The translations under genes were made by a program, and so were the position numbers. The notes below the pieces were generated by a model. That model was not told where the DNA came from. It saw only the letters and a list, made by a program, of their open reading frames with translations, and did not search any database. From Candidatus Binataceae bacterium (GTDB lineage Bacteria > Desulfobacterota > Binatia > Binatales > Binataceae), in the NCBI GenBank assembly GCA_030038355.1, contig JASHPB010000098.1, positions 586-64,585 of the forward strand: 64,000 nucleotides of DNA, in the 5' to 3' direction. Below are positions 50,907 to 61,052 of the stretch, one piece after another. Every line of letters begins with the position of its first letter. The first letter of the stretch is position 1.

Positions 50907-51807
50907 CTAGTAGCGAGAACCAAGGATCGAACAAAGCGCGGGGCACCACCCTATGGTAACTTTGCTCCTCGTCTTTACCGATGGAAAATCTTCAACGTTC
51001 AGCCGCGGTAAAAAATGGCAAAGCGTCTGCGAGTGACTTGAAGACTCCCTGCTTTGTCGAGTAAGAGCACAGGCTCCATTTTCCTCAATAACCCTAAGAG
51101 CAGGTCGTTGCAGTCTACGGTTCGATCGCTGGATTGGGGGGCTTGGGATTGCAAGCCGCCACGGCCATACATGGTATCGCCATGACGGGTTGCGAAGTAC
51201 ATGCATTCGGTCAGCGGAGACAAAGGCCATAACTTTCGTAGCCGGGATACTCGGCACCCCGATAGATGCGCACCATCTAAGGGTCTCCAGTCCCACTCGA
51301 GTAAACACGTAGCAAAGGTTCCGCATCGGAGAAGTCGGTACACCTATTTGCGCTGGTACACGGGAGCGCTTCGGCTCAAGAACGACCTCAAAAGAGCTCG
51401 ACGGGCGGTCCGTCAACTTGATGATCGCGGGGTGGTTAGAGATCTATCCCGTGTGACCCTACTGCTATCTGTTGATCCCCGACGCCATTAGCGCTCAACG
51501 ATCCGGCTCACGTTCGAGAAGGTTATAGGCTCGCAGAACCCTCTCAGCTCCTCGACGACTTTGGCCTGGAGCTCATTTTGTCGGATTACTGTATGTTCGT
51601 GGGCTTTCGTCTCATCATGAAACCTTGGCCTAAACTGAAATGGCTTCCGCATCTTCTGATCCTGGGCTTGGGCCATTTCGAGCGCTCATTTGAGATCGGT
51701 CCTCCGCTGGATGGGGTTGTAGTGGTGTGCAAGCGTCGAGGAGTGCTTGCTCAAGTACTTGGGCGAGCTGCCGCGTGGCAGGCGACGAGTTATCCAGCGC
51801 AGCTTGG

Positions 51808-52215
51808 TCAGCCCGGCTGCTTGTCGAACCTCGGAAGATCGTCGCGGACGGGCGCCCACGGCGGTGCGCTCTTCATGAAGACCTGCATCATTGGCTTGAA
51901 TAGCGATGGATCGTCGAGGCTGCCGGCCTTGAGCGCGACGAAATCGCCCATCGCCGGCAGCACGGAGACGATCGGCGAGCCGCAGTTCGGGCAGAAGCCG
52001 CGGCTCACCTTGTTGCCGCTGTCTCCCGTCACTTCATAGTGCTTGAGCTGCCCCGTGATCTTGAGCGCGGCATTCGGCACCAGCATCACCGACGCCATCG
52101 CGGTTCCGGTCGAATGCTGGCAATCGGTGCAGTAGCAATTTCCCATGAAGATAGGATCGGCTGAGCATTCGTAGCGCACCGCTCCGCAAGCGCATCCGCC
52201 GGTGATTTTAGCCAT
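51808..52215 (-). CDS. GFA family protein (glutathione-dependent formaldehyde-activating enzyme / CENP-V-like Zn-Cys domain)
   Basis: ATG 52215 with RBS AGGAGGA at 7 nt. Cys pattern CACGAVRYEC...CYCTDC...CPNCG is typical of the GFA domain. Confidence 0.8.
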   Translation of the reverse strand: MAKITGGCACGAVRYECSADPIFMGNCYCTDCQHSTGTAMASVMLVPNAALKITGQLKHYEVTGDSGNKVSRGFCPNCGSPIVSVLPAMGDFVALKAGSLDDPSLFKPMMQVFMKSAPPWAPVRDDLPRFDKQPG

Positions 52216-52366
52216 GGCACTTCCTCCTGATGTCGCAGAGTCGCCTATCGCGCGCGCATGAATCAAGCGCGACTCGATCGTAGCTTTCCATCGTCCAAAA
52301 AGACGATGCCACTAACCCGCCGGATTGTGGCAGCATCGTTATGGACCATCAGGTGGAGGGTCGCTT

Positions 52367-53437
52367 ATGCCGCTGACACACATGATCGATGCAGCGCCGA
52401 TTGCGGATCGCTACGCGCGCGGATGGCATTGCCTGGGACTCGCGGCTGACTATCACGACGGCGAGCCGCATCGAATCGACGCCTTTGGCACGCGCCTCGT
52501 CGTGTTCGCGGGGGAGGATGGCGCTTTCCACGTCCTCGACGCGTTCTGCCCGCACATGGGCGCCGATTTGAGCTGCGGCCAGGTGCGCGGCGATACCATT
52601 TGCTGTCCCTTCCATAACTGGAGCTACGGACCGGACGGCAAGTGCGTCAACATCCCCTACAGCAAGCGCATCCCGCCCAAGGCGCGCGTGCGTTCGTGGC
52701 CGATCAGCGAGCAGAACAAGTTGCTATTCGTGTGGAACGATCCCGAGGGCAACGCGCCGACGCCGGACCTGGATATTCCGCGCATCGACGCGTGTTACTC
52801 AAATGAATGGACCGACTGGGTAATCGAAAAGTGGACGATCAACACCAACTGCCGCGAGTTGATCGACAACGTTGCCGACATGGCGCACTTTCCCGTCGTG
52901 CATAACGCGCCGGTCGATTACTTTGCCAACGTCTTCCAGCGTCACAAGGCGACGCAGATAATGATCGGCAGCGGCGGCGTGGGGACTCAGGGAAGCCTCA
53001 AGACCTGCGCAACTTACTTCGGCCCCGCGTATCAGATCACGCAAATGACGGGCGAAATGGGCGGGTTTCCGGTCGATTCGATCCTGCTGAACTGCCACGT
53101 GCCGGTTCATCTACGATGCTTCGAGCTGCGCTTCGGGATGGTCGTGCGCAAGATGAAGGGCGTGAGCGACGAACTATCGAAGCAGATGACCGAGGCGTAC
53201 ATCAAGGGCATCCAGCAGGGTTTCTACCAGGACGTAGCAATCTGGGATAACAAGATCAGGATCGACAATCCCCTTCTCTGCGAAGGCGATGGGCCGATCT
53301 ACCAGCTTCGCGAATGGTACCGGCAGTTCTACGTCGATGCGGACGACGTGCCCGAGGACACGCGCAAGCGGCAGGTGGTCGAGATTAACCTGGGGCTCAA
53401 GGATCCGCCCGCGCCGCATCACGTATTCGAGGATTAG
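52367..53437 (+). CDS. kshA: Rieske [2Fe-2S] non-heme iron oxygenase, 3-ketosteroid 9alpha-hydroxylase KshA-like
   Basis: ATG 52367 with RBS GGTGGAGGG. Rieske CPHMGADLSCG-x-CCPFHNW (CxH-x16-CxxH). Mononuclear Fe motif NVADMAHFPVVH (D-x2-H-x4-H). The N-terminal string RGWHCLGLAADYHDGEPHRIDAFGTRLVVFAGEDGAFHVLDAFCPHMG closely parallels KshA (RGWHCLGLAKDF..GKPH.V..FGT.LVVFAD..G...VLDAYCRHMG) as recalled. Confidence 0.85.
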   Translation: MPLTHMIDAAPIADRYARGWHCLGLAADYHDGEPHRIDAFGTRLVVFAGEDGAFHVLDAFCPHMGADLSCGQVRGDTICCPFHNWSYGPDGKCVNIPYSKRIPPKARVRSWPISEQNKLLFVWNDPEGNAPTPDLDIPRIDACYSNEWTDWVIEKWTINTNCRELIDNVADMAHFPVVHNAPVDYFANVFQRHKATQIMIGSGGVGTQGSLKTCATYFGPAYQITQMTGEMGGFPVDSILLNCHVPVHLRCFELRFGMVVRKMKGVSDELSKQMTEAYIKGIQQGFYQDVAIWDNKIRIDNPLLCEGDGPIYQLREWYRQFYVDADDVPEDTRKRQVVEINLGLKDPPAPHHVFED

Positions 53438-53500
53438 CGGCCGCGCCGCGCCTCGTCGGCACTATCCGCACGTATCGCAGTCCGGCGCGCCTTGGACTAG

Positions 53501-54688
53501 ATGAATGATGTGGCCGGGCAGGTCCATCGCGCGCGCAAGGTTAACTTATCGAACGGCGGCTTTCCGCTGTCGCTCAATGACTTCAGCGAACTGGTCGCCA
53601 TGATCTACCAGGGCCCGCTCGAGCCCGTGCCCTGGAAGAGCGCGCTCGAGATCCTGCGGCAGCATCTCCGCGCCAACTACGTCACGCTGATGCTCCGCCC
53701 TCCCAGCGCCGAGCGCGAACCGCTCATGGTGAACGCGGCGGGTGATTCACCAATCACACGCCAGGACGAATACAACAAGTACTACTACGCGCTCGATCCT
53801 TTCGTTGATCTGCCCGAGGATCGCGTCGTCACCGTCGAGGAGTTGATCGGCGACGATAACTGGCGCGACAGCGATTTCTACAAGCAGTTTCTCAAGCCGC
53901 TCGACATTCTTCATGCGCTCGGCGCCGATATCCGCACCGAAGAAGGCGTGGAATGCCGCTTCCGCGTCGCCAGGTCGCATCGCGAATCGCCGTTTTCAGA
54001 ACGCGATCGCATGCTCTGCGAGATGGTCCTGCCGCATCTCAAACGCGCCGTGCATCTGCATTCGCAGCTCGAGCAAATCGACTCCGAGCGCCGCCTCTAT
54101 GCCGGCACCGTTGATCGCATGCTGGTCGGCACCCTCATCCTCGATCAGTCCGGCGCCGTGATTCGCCGCAACCGGGTGGCCGACGAGATGTTGCGTGAGG
54201 GCGACGGGCTTGGAATCGTAAATGGCGCGCTTCGCGCCGATCATCCCGCTGAGAATCGCGAGCTGCAGCGCCTTATCAAGCAGGCGATGAGCTGCGCGCC
54301 TGGCGGACGCCCCGCCGTGGTCGAGGCGATCTCGATCAGCAGGAAGTCGGAGCGCGCGAAACTCGGAATTCTGATTCGCAGCATTCCGGCGACTGGATGG
54401 TCTGAGGGCAAGCGGCGCCCTGCCGTCGCGCTCTTCATCCGCGATGCGGTCCGCAAGTCGGAGGCGTCGCGCGAGATGATACGGAGCCTTTTCGACCTGA
54501 CTCCTGCCGAGGCAAGTCTTGCGCTCTCGCTCGCGAACGGGCTCACCCTCGATGAAGCGGCTGAGGAACTCAAGATCCGCAAGAATACGGCGCGAGCGCA
54601 TCTGCGCGCGATCTTTTCGAAAATTGGCGTGACCCGACAGACGACTCTCGTGCGCGTGCTGCTGAGCAGCGTGGTGTGGCTCGGATGA
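53501..54688 (+). CDS. LuxR-family transcriptional regulator (C-terminal GerE/LuxR HTH; N-terminal ~320-aa domain of unknown fold)
   Basis: 395 aa. The C-terminal LTPAEASLALSLANGLTLDEAAEELKIRKNTARAHLRAIFSKIGV is a LuxR-type HTH. The N-terminal region has no motif I recognise. The gene sits between kshA-like and hsaA-like genes. Confidence 0.85.
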   Translation: MNDVAGQVHRARKVNLSNGGFPLSLNDFSELVAMIYQGPLEPVPWKSALEILRQHLRANYVTLMLRPPSAEREPLMVNAAGDSPITRQDEYNKYYYALDPFVDLPEDRVVTVEELIGDDNWRDSDFYKQFLKPLDILHALGADIRTEEGVECRFRVARSHRESPFSERDRMLCEMVLPHLKRAVHLHSQLEQIDSERRLYAGTVDRMLVGTLILDQSGAVIRRNRVADEMLREGDGLGIVNGALRADHPAENRELQRLIKQAMSCAPGGRPAVVEAISISRKSERAKLGILIRSIPATGWSEGKRRPAVALFIRDAVRKSEASREMIRSLFDLTPAEASLALSLANGLTLDEAAEELKIRKNTARAHLRAIFSKIGVTRQTTLVRVLLSSVVWLG

Positions 54689-54812
54689 GCGTCGAGTCCA
54701 TAGTCCTTTCGGACGATTCATGCGGGCGAGTCCCGATGTCACCATCGCGGGCGACCGCATCACGCAAGGTAACGGAGCGAGCGTGGCACTATCGGAAGAT
54801 TCGATCAGGCCA

Positions 54813-56006
54813 ATGAAAGCCAACGGCGAAGCTGGCGAATTGGATCTCGCCGCGTCACTTCGCGAGCGCGCGCGCACGATGGTGCCCACGATCGCCAGCC
54901 GCGCGGCGCTCTGCGAACAGCAGCGGTTCGTCCCCAGGGAAACGATCGCGGAGTTCAAACAGGCCGGCCTCTTCCGCATCATACAGCCGCGACGTTACGG
55001 CGGATACGAGCTGCATCCAAATGTCTTCTTCGACGTGCAGATGACGCTCGCCGAAGGATGCATGTCGACTGGATGGGTTTACGGCGTTGTCGGGGTGCAC
55101 AACTGGCAGCTCGGCCTCTTCGATCAGCGCGCGCAGGAAGACGTCTGGGGCAAGGACGACTCGGTGCTGATCTCGTCAAGCTACATGCCGAAAGGACAGG
55201 TCGAGCGCGTCGACGGCGGATTCAAGTTCAGCGGCCGCTGGGGGTTTTCGAGCGGCGTCGATCACGCCGACTGGCTGTTTCTCGGCGGAATCATCCCGTC
55301 GAAGTCGGGCGTGCCCGACTACCGAACATTCCTCGTGCCCCGCGCCGACATCAGCATCAACGACAACTGGCATACCATGGGGCTCAAAGGAACGGGCAGC
55401 AAGGAGGTCGTCATCGAAAACGCGTTCGTGCCCGAGTATCGAACGCATCGTGCGATCGACGGATTCGCCGGCACCAGCCCGGGCCTCAGCATAAATACAA
55501 CTCCTCTATATAGGCTGCCATTCGGCCAGGTTTTCGTGCGCGCCGTTTCGAGCGCGTCGATCGGAGCGCTGCAAGGCGCGCTGAATGTTTTCCGCGAATA
55601 CGGATCCAAGCGCACCAGCATCAACGACATGGCCCGCACCGCCGAGGATCCTACGGCTCAGCGTGCTGTTGCGGAGGCGGCGCTCGCGATCGATGACATG
55701 CGGCTCGAGCTTCATCGGAATTTCGACGCGATGCTGACGACGCTCACGCGCGGCGACGCGCTCGACGTCAACGATCGAATCCACTACCGCTACCAGTCCG
55801 CCGACGTTGCGCAGCGATGCTGCGATCATATCGATCGTCTGTTTCATTCGTGCGGCGGCCAGGGAGTTTACGCCGACAAGCCGATCGGGCGTTTCCTCGT
55901 CGATATTCACGCAGCGCGCCTGCATTACGCGAACAACGCCGAGAAGTTCGGCCGCAACTATGGCGGTGTGCTGCTCGGTCTCGGCAACACGGACTTCTTT
56001 ATATGA
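54813..56006 (+). CDS. Acyl-CoA-dehydrogenase-fold flavin-dependent monooxygenase (HsaA / HpaB-C2 / DszC-like group D)
   Basis: ACAD-like blocks (..FRIIQPRRYGGYEL.., GWVYGVVGVHNWQ, FSGRWGFSSG) and a C-terminal four-helix region. Start ATG 54813, with an alternative GTG at 54783. Its stop overlaps the next gene start (ATGA). Confidence 0.75.
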   Translation: MKANGEAGELDLAASLRERARTMVPTIASRAALCEQQRFVPRETIAEFKQAGLFRIIQPRRYGGYELHPNVFFDVQMTLAEGCMSTGWVYGVVGVHNWQLGLFDQRAQEDVWGKDDSVLISSSYMPKGQVERVDGGFKFSGRWGFSSGVDHADWLFLGGIIPSKSGVPDYRTFLVPRADISINDNWHTMGLKGTGSKEVVIENAFVPEYRTHRAIDGFAGTSPGLSINTTPLYRLPFGQVFVRAVSSASIGALQGALNVFREYGSKRTSINDMARTAEDPTAQRAVAEAALAIDDMRLELHRNFDAMLTTLTRGDALDVNDRIHYRYQSADVAQRCCDHIDRLFHSCGGQGVYADKPIGRFLVDIHAARLHYANNAEKFGRNYGGVLLGLGNTDFFI

Positions 56007-57724
56007 GCGACGCGGCGAGAGCGGGCGCGGCGAGCGCGAACTGGGACGGCGAATTCGATGTGATCGTCGTCGGCTCAGGCGCGGGCGGACTTACCGCCGC
56101 GATCGCCGCGCATGACCTGGGCCAGTCAGTCGTAGTGCTCGAGAAGAGCGACCAGTACGGCGGCACGTCGGCAATCTCCGGCGGCGGCGTGTGGGTGCCG
56201 TGCAATCATCTGCTCATCGAAGCGGGTGTGAGTGATAGCCACGACGAAGCACTGACGTATCTCAAGGCCGCGACACGCGGGATGGTCGCCGAGGCGCGCC
56301 TGCTCGCGTATCTCGAGCACGCGCCCAAGATGCTCCGCTACTTGGAAGAGAAGACGTGGCTTAAATATCGCTCGATGCTGCAGTACTCGGACTACTATCC
56401 GCATCTGCCGGGTTCGAAGCCCGGCGCGCGCACTCTCGATCCGTTGCCATTCGACGCATCGCGGCTCGGCGAGGAGTTCGGGCATATGCGACCGCCGCAG
56501 CCCGGCACGCTAATCGGCGGCCGAATCACGATGACGGCCGGCGAGGCGCATACGATCCTCTGCAAGGATCGTGGCTGGACGACGCTATTCGCAAAACGCA
56601 TGTTGTCCTACTGGCTCGATCTGCCGTGGCGGCTGCGCACCAAGCGTGACCGGCGGTTAACGCTAGGTAGTTCGCTGATCGGATCGCTACGGCGCTCGAT
56701 GATGGATCGCGCAATCGCGCTCTGGCTCAATGCGCCGTTCGAATCCCTGATCGTGGATTCGCGCCGCATCACTGGCATTGTGGCGAGGCGTGATGGCAAA
56801 CCCGTCCGTATCGGCGCGCGGCGGGGTGTGATCCTCGCCGCTGGCGGATTCGAGCATAATCAACAGATGCGCGATCAGTATCTCCCAAAGCCAACCCGCG
56901 CCGAATGGACGGTCACGCCCGAGGCCAACACCGGAGACGCCATTCGCGCCGGCCTCGAAGCGGGTGCGCGCGTCGATCTGATGGATCACGCATGGTGGGC
57001 GCCTACAGTGTACATCATGGGTCGCGAAAAACGGCGCGCGCTCTTCGTCGAGCGCGCACTGCCCGGATGCGCGATGGTCAATCGCCTGGGCCAGCGTTTT
57101 GTCGACGAAGCCGCGCCCTACAGCGACATCGTGTACGCGATGTACGCCGACAACGAGAAGAGCCACGCCAATCTGCCAGCGTGGCTGATCTTCGATGCCG
57201 AGTTCCGGCGCAAATATCCGTGCGGTCCGCTGCTACCGGGCATGGTGCGTCCCGACAGATCCCTGCCAGCCTCGTGGCTCGGCGCGGTTTTCTTTCGCGC
57301 CGAAACCCTCGCTGCGCTCGCTTCGCAAATCCAGGTTGACGCTGCGGGCCTCAAGCAAACAATCGAGCGGATGAATCAGTTCGCGCGAAGCGGTGATGAC
57401 CAGGAGTTCGGCAAGGGCAGCAATCCGTTCGATCGCTACTATGGCGATGTCAACATCAGGCCGAATCCATGCCTCGGGCCGATCGCGACGCCTCCTTTCT
57501 ATGCGATACGAATCGATGCCGGTGATATCGGGACCAAGGGTGGGCTCCTCACGGATGAATACGCGCGGGTGGTCCGCGAGGACGGCCAGCCGATCCCCGG
57601 CCTCTACGCGATCGGCAACACTTCCGCTGCCGTAATGGGTCCGAGCTATCCTGGTGCGGGCTCGACGCTCGGACCCGCGATGACTTTTGGTTACATCGCG
57701 GCGCATCATCTCGCAGGAGTTTAG
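56003..57724 (+). CDS. FAD-dependent 3-ketosteroid-delta1-dehydrogenase (KstD)-family flavoprotein
   Basis: 573 aa from ATG 56003. GxGxxG FDVIVVGSGAGGLTAA, the FAD_binding_2 pattern (GGTSAISGGGVWVP), and a C-terminal GLYAIGN..GPSYPGAGSTLGPAMTFGYIAAHH typical of KstD/fumarate-reductase-like enzymes. Confidence 0.85.
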   Translation: MSDAARAGAASANWDGEFDVIVVGSGAGGLTAAIAAHDLGQSVVVLEKSDQYGGTSAISGGGVWVPCNHLLIEAGVSDSHDEALTYLKAATRGMVAEARLLAYLEHAPKMLRYLEEKTWLKYRSMLQYSDYYPHLPGSKPGARTLDPLPFDASRLGEEFGHMRPPQPGTLIGGRITMTAGEAHTILCKDRGWTTLFAKRMLSYWLDLPWRLRTKRDRRLTLGSSLIGSLRRSMMDRAIALWLNAPFESLIVDSRRITGIVARRDGKPVRIGARRGVILAAGGFEHNQQMRDQYLPKPTRAEWTVTPEANTGDAIRAGLEAGARVDLMDHAWWAPTVYIMGREKRRALFVERALPGCAMVNRLGQRFVDEAAPYSDIVYAMYADNEKSHANLPAWLIFDAEFRRKYPCGPLLPGMVRPDRSLPASWLGAVFFRAETLAALASQIQVDAAGLKQTIERMNQFARSGDDQEFGKGSNPFDRYYGDVNIRPNPCLGPIATPPFYAIRIDAGDIGTKGGLLTDEYARVVREDGQPIPGLYAIGNTSAAVMGPSYPGAGSTLGPAMTFGYIAAHHLAGV

Positions 57725-57725
57725 G

Positions 57726-58577
57726 ATGCTTATCGATCGGGTATGCCTCGTTACCGGAGCGAGCCTCGGCGTCGGCAAGGGAATCGCTATCGCACTCGGC
57801 GCGGCGGGCGCGACCGTTTACGTGACCGGCCGCAGCAGCAAGAAGAGCGACAATCAGTTCGGCGGCACCGTGTTTGTGACGGCCGAGGACGTCACCAAAC
57901 GTGGGGGACGCGGCGTAGCCGTCGTCTGCGACCATAGTGATGACCAGCAAACACGGGCGCTTTTCGACAAGATCGAAAAGGAATCAGGCCGGCTCGATAT
58001 CCTGGTCAACAACGCGACCGCGATCCCCGATGGCCTCACCGAGGCCGGACCCTTCTGGAAGAAGCCGCTCAGTTTCGTGAAACTGCTCGACGTGGGGCTT
58101 CGTTCCTACTACACGACGACGTGGTACGCCGCGCCGATGCTGACGCGACAGGGCGGCGTGGTCTTCAATTCATCGTCGCCCGGCGCGAAGGGGTACGTTC
58201 ATGGCCCGGCTTATGGCGCCGCCAAGGCGGGTGTTGACAAGATGTCGCACGACATGGCGCACGACTTCAAGCCGTTTGGTGTCACGGTCATCTCGGTTTG
58301 GCTTGGGCTGGTGAAGACCGAGAAGGTCATGACGATCGACCTCAACAAGTCGAAGTACGGGCCGATGCTCGCGATCGCGGAATCGGCAGAGTTCGGCGGC
58401 CGCATTATCGAGGCGATGTACAACGATCCAAACCGGATGGAGCTTAGCGGCCAGACTTTTTTCGCCGCGGAGCTGGCCGAGCGCTACCAGGTGAAGGACG
58501 TCGACGGTAATCAGCCGCCGTCTGGCCGCATGGCCCTCGGTGCGCCTTCCGAGTTTTCTCCGCTCGTCATCGAATGA
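57726..58577 (+). CDS. SDR family oxidoreductase
   Basis: ATG 57726 with AGGAG upstream. TGASLGVGKGIA (TGxxxGxG), NNAT, YxxxK (YGAAKAGV). Confidence 0.85.
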   Translation: MLIDRVCLVTGASLGVGKGIAIALGAAGATVYVTGRSSKKSDNQFGGTVFVTAEDVTKRGGRGVAVVCDHSDDQQTRALFDKIEKESGRLDILVNNATAIPDGLTEAGPFWKKPLSFVKLLDVGLRSYYTTTWYAAPMLTRQGGVVFNSSSPGAKGYVHGPAYGAAKAGVDKMSHDMAHDFKPFGVTVISVWLGLVKTEKVMTIDLNKSKYGPMLAIAESAEFGGRIIEAMYNDPNRMELSGQTFFAAELAERYQVKDVDGNQPPSGRMALGAPSEFSPLVIE

Positions 58578-60294
58578 GAGGACGCGACTTACGGCCAACA
58601 CCGCAGCCGACATAGCGCTCGCATCCAACGCGTCGGGGGCGACGCCGATTGGCGCGCCGCTTCGCGCCGACGGATCGTCGCCAATCGAGTGGAATGACGA
58701 ATGTGACCTCCTCGTCGTGGGCTTCGGCGCCGCGGGAGCAGCGGCGGCGATCGAGGCTGCGCACGCCGGCGCGAGCGTGATCGTCGCCGATCGCTTTGGC
58801 GGCGGCGGTGCGAGCGCGAAGAGCGGCGGCGTCGTGTACGCGGGCGGCGGTACGCGATTCCAAAAAGCGGCGGGGTACGACGATTCGCCCGACGCGATGT
58901 TGGAGTATCTGACTAAGGAGGTCGGCGACGCAGTCGATCGTGCGACGCTTCGGAGTTTCTGCGATCACAGCGTCGAGATGATCGAGTGGCTCGACGCGCA
59001 GGGCATCCAATTCGACTCGAGTGTGCCGCCGCACAAGACCTCTTACCCGGCTGACGGCTTCTACCTTTATTTCTCCGGCAATGAAGCGGTTAAGGAATAC
59101 GCGGGAGCGCATCCACCGGCGCCGCGCGGTCATCGCGTGAAAGGCGCGGGCCTTTCGGGCGCGCTCCTCTTTCATGCGCTCAAGAAAAGCGCGCAAGCCG
59201 CGGGCGCTCGAATCATGACGCAGTCAGCCGTCCGACGACTGGTTATCGACCAAAGCGGCGCGGTGCGGGGCGCAGAGCTTTGGCAGTTTGAGCCCAACAG
59301 CCGCGAGCAGCGGCGTCATCGGCAGCTCAGCCGATGGGCGGAGCGGACGTTCTATGCGGCGCCTGGGCTTTCGGATCGTCTTAGGCGGCGCGCGCTGCAA
59401 GTCGAGCTGACAGGCGCACGGCCGAGGTTCATTCGCGCGCGCGGCGGCGTGGTGCTCAGCACGGGAGGATTCATCTTCAACCGTGAGATGGTCGCGGAGC
59501 ACGCGCCCCAGTACCTGCGCAACTTCCGCCTCGGCACTTCGGGATGCGACGGCAGCGGCGTGCGCCTGGGAGAAACGGTCGGTGCCGCGTCATCACGCCT
59601 CGAACGAATCTCGGCGTGGAGGTTCATCAACCCGCCGCTCGCGTGGGCGCGCGGCATGATTGTCGATACTACGGGACGCCGCTTCTGCAACGAGGAAGTT
59701 TATGGCGCGCGGCTCGGGTTCGAGATGTGCGAGCATCACGGCGGCCGCGCGTGGCTCATCATTGATTCGACCATCAGGCGCGAAGCCTTAATTGAAGCGC
59801 TCTTCGGTGGTCTCTGGGGCTTCCAGAGCGTGCCCGTTCTGGTTCTGACCTTCGCGGGCGCAAAGCGCGCACCCTCGCTGGAACGTCTCGCGGACAGAAT
59901 AGGTGCTGAGCCCTCCGTGCTTAGCGCAAGCTTGAACAACTACAATCGCGCCAGCGCGGATGGTATCGATCCGCTCGGCAAATCGCGCGACCTGCTCGTT
60001 CCCCTCGCCGGGCCGCCCTTCTATGCGCTCGATATCTCAGTCGATAAGCGCGTCTTTCCTTGTCCGGCGATTACCCTCGGCGGCCTGCTCGTTGACGAGG
60101 CGACAGGCGCGGTGAAAAAGAGCGACGGGAGCACAATCGCGGGACTCTATGCCGCCGGCCGCGCCGCGGTTGGAGTCGCCTCGAATCATTACGTGAGCGG
60201 GCTCGCGCTGGCCGACTGCATCTTTTCGGGACGCCGTGCCGGCAGCGCTGCCACGGCGAATCTCCGCGACAGGAAGGCGACAGCGACCGCATAG
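58540..60294 (+). CDS. FAD-binding dehydrogenase, KstD/fumarate-reductase flavoprotein-like (second copy, divergent)
   Basis: GxGxxG LLVVGFGAAGAAAAIEAAHAG, GGGASAKSGGVVYAGGG, and a C-terminal GLYAAGRAAVGVASNHYVSGLALADCIFSGRRAG. The only in-frame start candidate is GTG 58540, which overlaps the upstream SDR by 38 nt. It gives a ~50-aa N-terminal extension. Confidence 0.7.
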   Translation: MRLPSFLRSSSNERTRLTANTAADIALASNASGATPIGAPLRADGSSPIEWNDECDLLVVGFGAAGAAAAIEAAHAGASVIVADRFGGGGASAKSGGVVYAGGGTRFQKAAGYDDSPDAMLEYLTKEVGDAVDRATLRSFCDHSVEMIEWLDAQGIQFDSSVPPHKTSYPADGFYLYFSGNEAVKEYAGAHPPAPRGHRVKGAGLSGALLFHALKKSAQAAGARIMTQSAVRRLVIDQSGAVRGAELWQFEPNSREQRRHRQLSRWAERTFYAAPGLSDRLRRRALQVELTGARPRFIRARGGVVLSTGGFIFNREMVAEHAPQYLRNFRLGTSGCDGSGVRLGETVGAASSRLERISAWRFINPPLAWARGMIVDTTGRRFCNEEVYGARLGFEMCEHHGGRAWLIIDSTIRREALIEALFGGLWGFQSVPVLVLTFAGAKRAPSLERLADRIGAEPSVLSASLNNYNRASADGIDPLGKSRDLLVPLAGPPFYALDISVDKRVFPCPAITLGGLLVDEATGAVKKSDGSTIAGLYAAGRAAVGVASNHYVSGLALADCIFSGRRAGSAATANLRDRKATATA

Positions 60295-60314
60295 GATCGA
60301 TATCGGATAGCCAG

Positions 60315-61049
60315 ATGGAAGGGGTGAAGGGAAAGGTCGTGATCGTCACTGGCGCCGCGAGCGGTATTGGCAGAGAGGACGCGCTCAAGCTCGCGAGCGA
60401 AGGTGCGCGAGTCGTGCTGACGGATTTAAACGAGGACCATGGGCCCGCGGTGGCCCGCGAAATTGGGAAAGACGCACTCTTCGTCCGCCACGACATTTCG
60501 AGCGAGGATGACTGGAAAAGGGCCATCGCCACGACACAAGATCGGTTCGGCCGCATCGATGGTTTGGTGAACAACGCGGGCATCCTGCTAATGGGCTCGG
60601 TCGAGGACACGACGCTCGAGCAGTGGCGCAAGGTCTTGCGCGTCAACGCCGACGGTTACTTTCTCGGATGCAAGTATGGCGTCGCGGCGATGAAAGCGAA
60701 CGGCGGCTCGATCGTTAACATGTCGTCTGTCGCCGCCGACGGTTTGCCGTTCGCCGCTGCCTACAGCGCGTCGAAGGGCGCGGTTGCAGCGCTAACGCAC
60801 AGTGTCGCGGTGCACTGCCGTAGCTGCGGCTACAGAATCCGCTGCAACTCGATTCATCCTGACGGTGTGATAACGCCGATGACGCTGCCGCTGATGGGGA
60901 ATCCTGATCCGGCGACGATCAATTACGCTGCCGATCCCACGTCGCGCTTCTGCGATCCTGGCGATGTCGCGAACCTCGTGTTGTTTCTGATTTCGGATGA
61001 GTCGCGCTTTATTAACGGCGCGCAGATGCGAATCAGCAACGCCTATTGA
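60315..61049 (+). CDS. SDR family oxidoreductase, 3beta/17beta-hydroxysteroid dehydrogenase-like
   Basis: 244 aa. VTGAASGIG, NNAG, YSASKGAV. The string LVNNAGILLMGSVEDTTLEQWRKVLRVNADGYFLGCKYGVAAMKANGGSIVNMSSV...YSASKGAVAALT...IRCNSIHPDGVITPM...LVLFLISDESRFINGAQM parallels the Comamonas 3beta/17beta-HSD, as recalled from memory. Confidence 0.8.
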   Translation: MEGVKGKVVIVTGAASGIGREDALKLASEGARVVLTDLNEDHGPAVAREIGKDALFVRHDISSEDDWKRAIATTQDRFGRIDGLVNNAGILLMGSVEDTTLEQWRKVLRVNADGYFLGCKYGVAAMKANGGSIVNMSSVAADGLPFAAAYSASKGAVAALTHSVAVHCRSCGYRIRCNSIHPDGVITPMTLPLMGNPDPATINYAADPTSRFCDPGDVANLVLFLISDESRFINGAQMRISNAY

Positions 61050-61052
61050 GTA

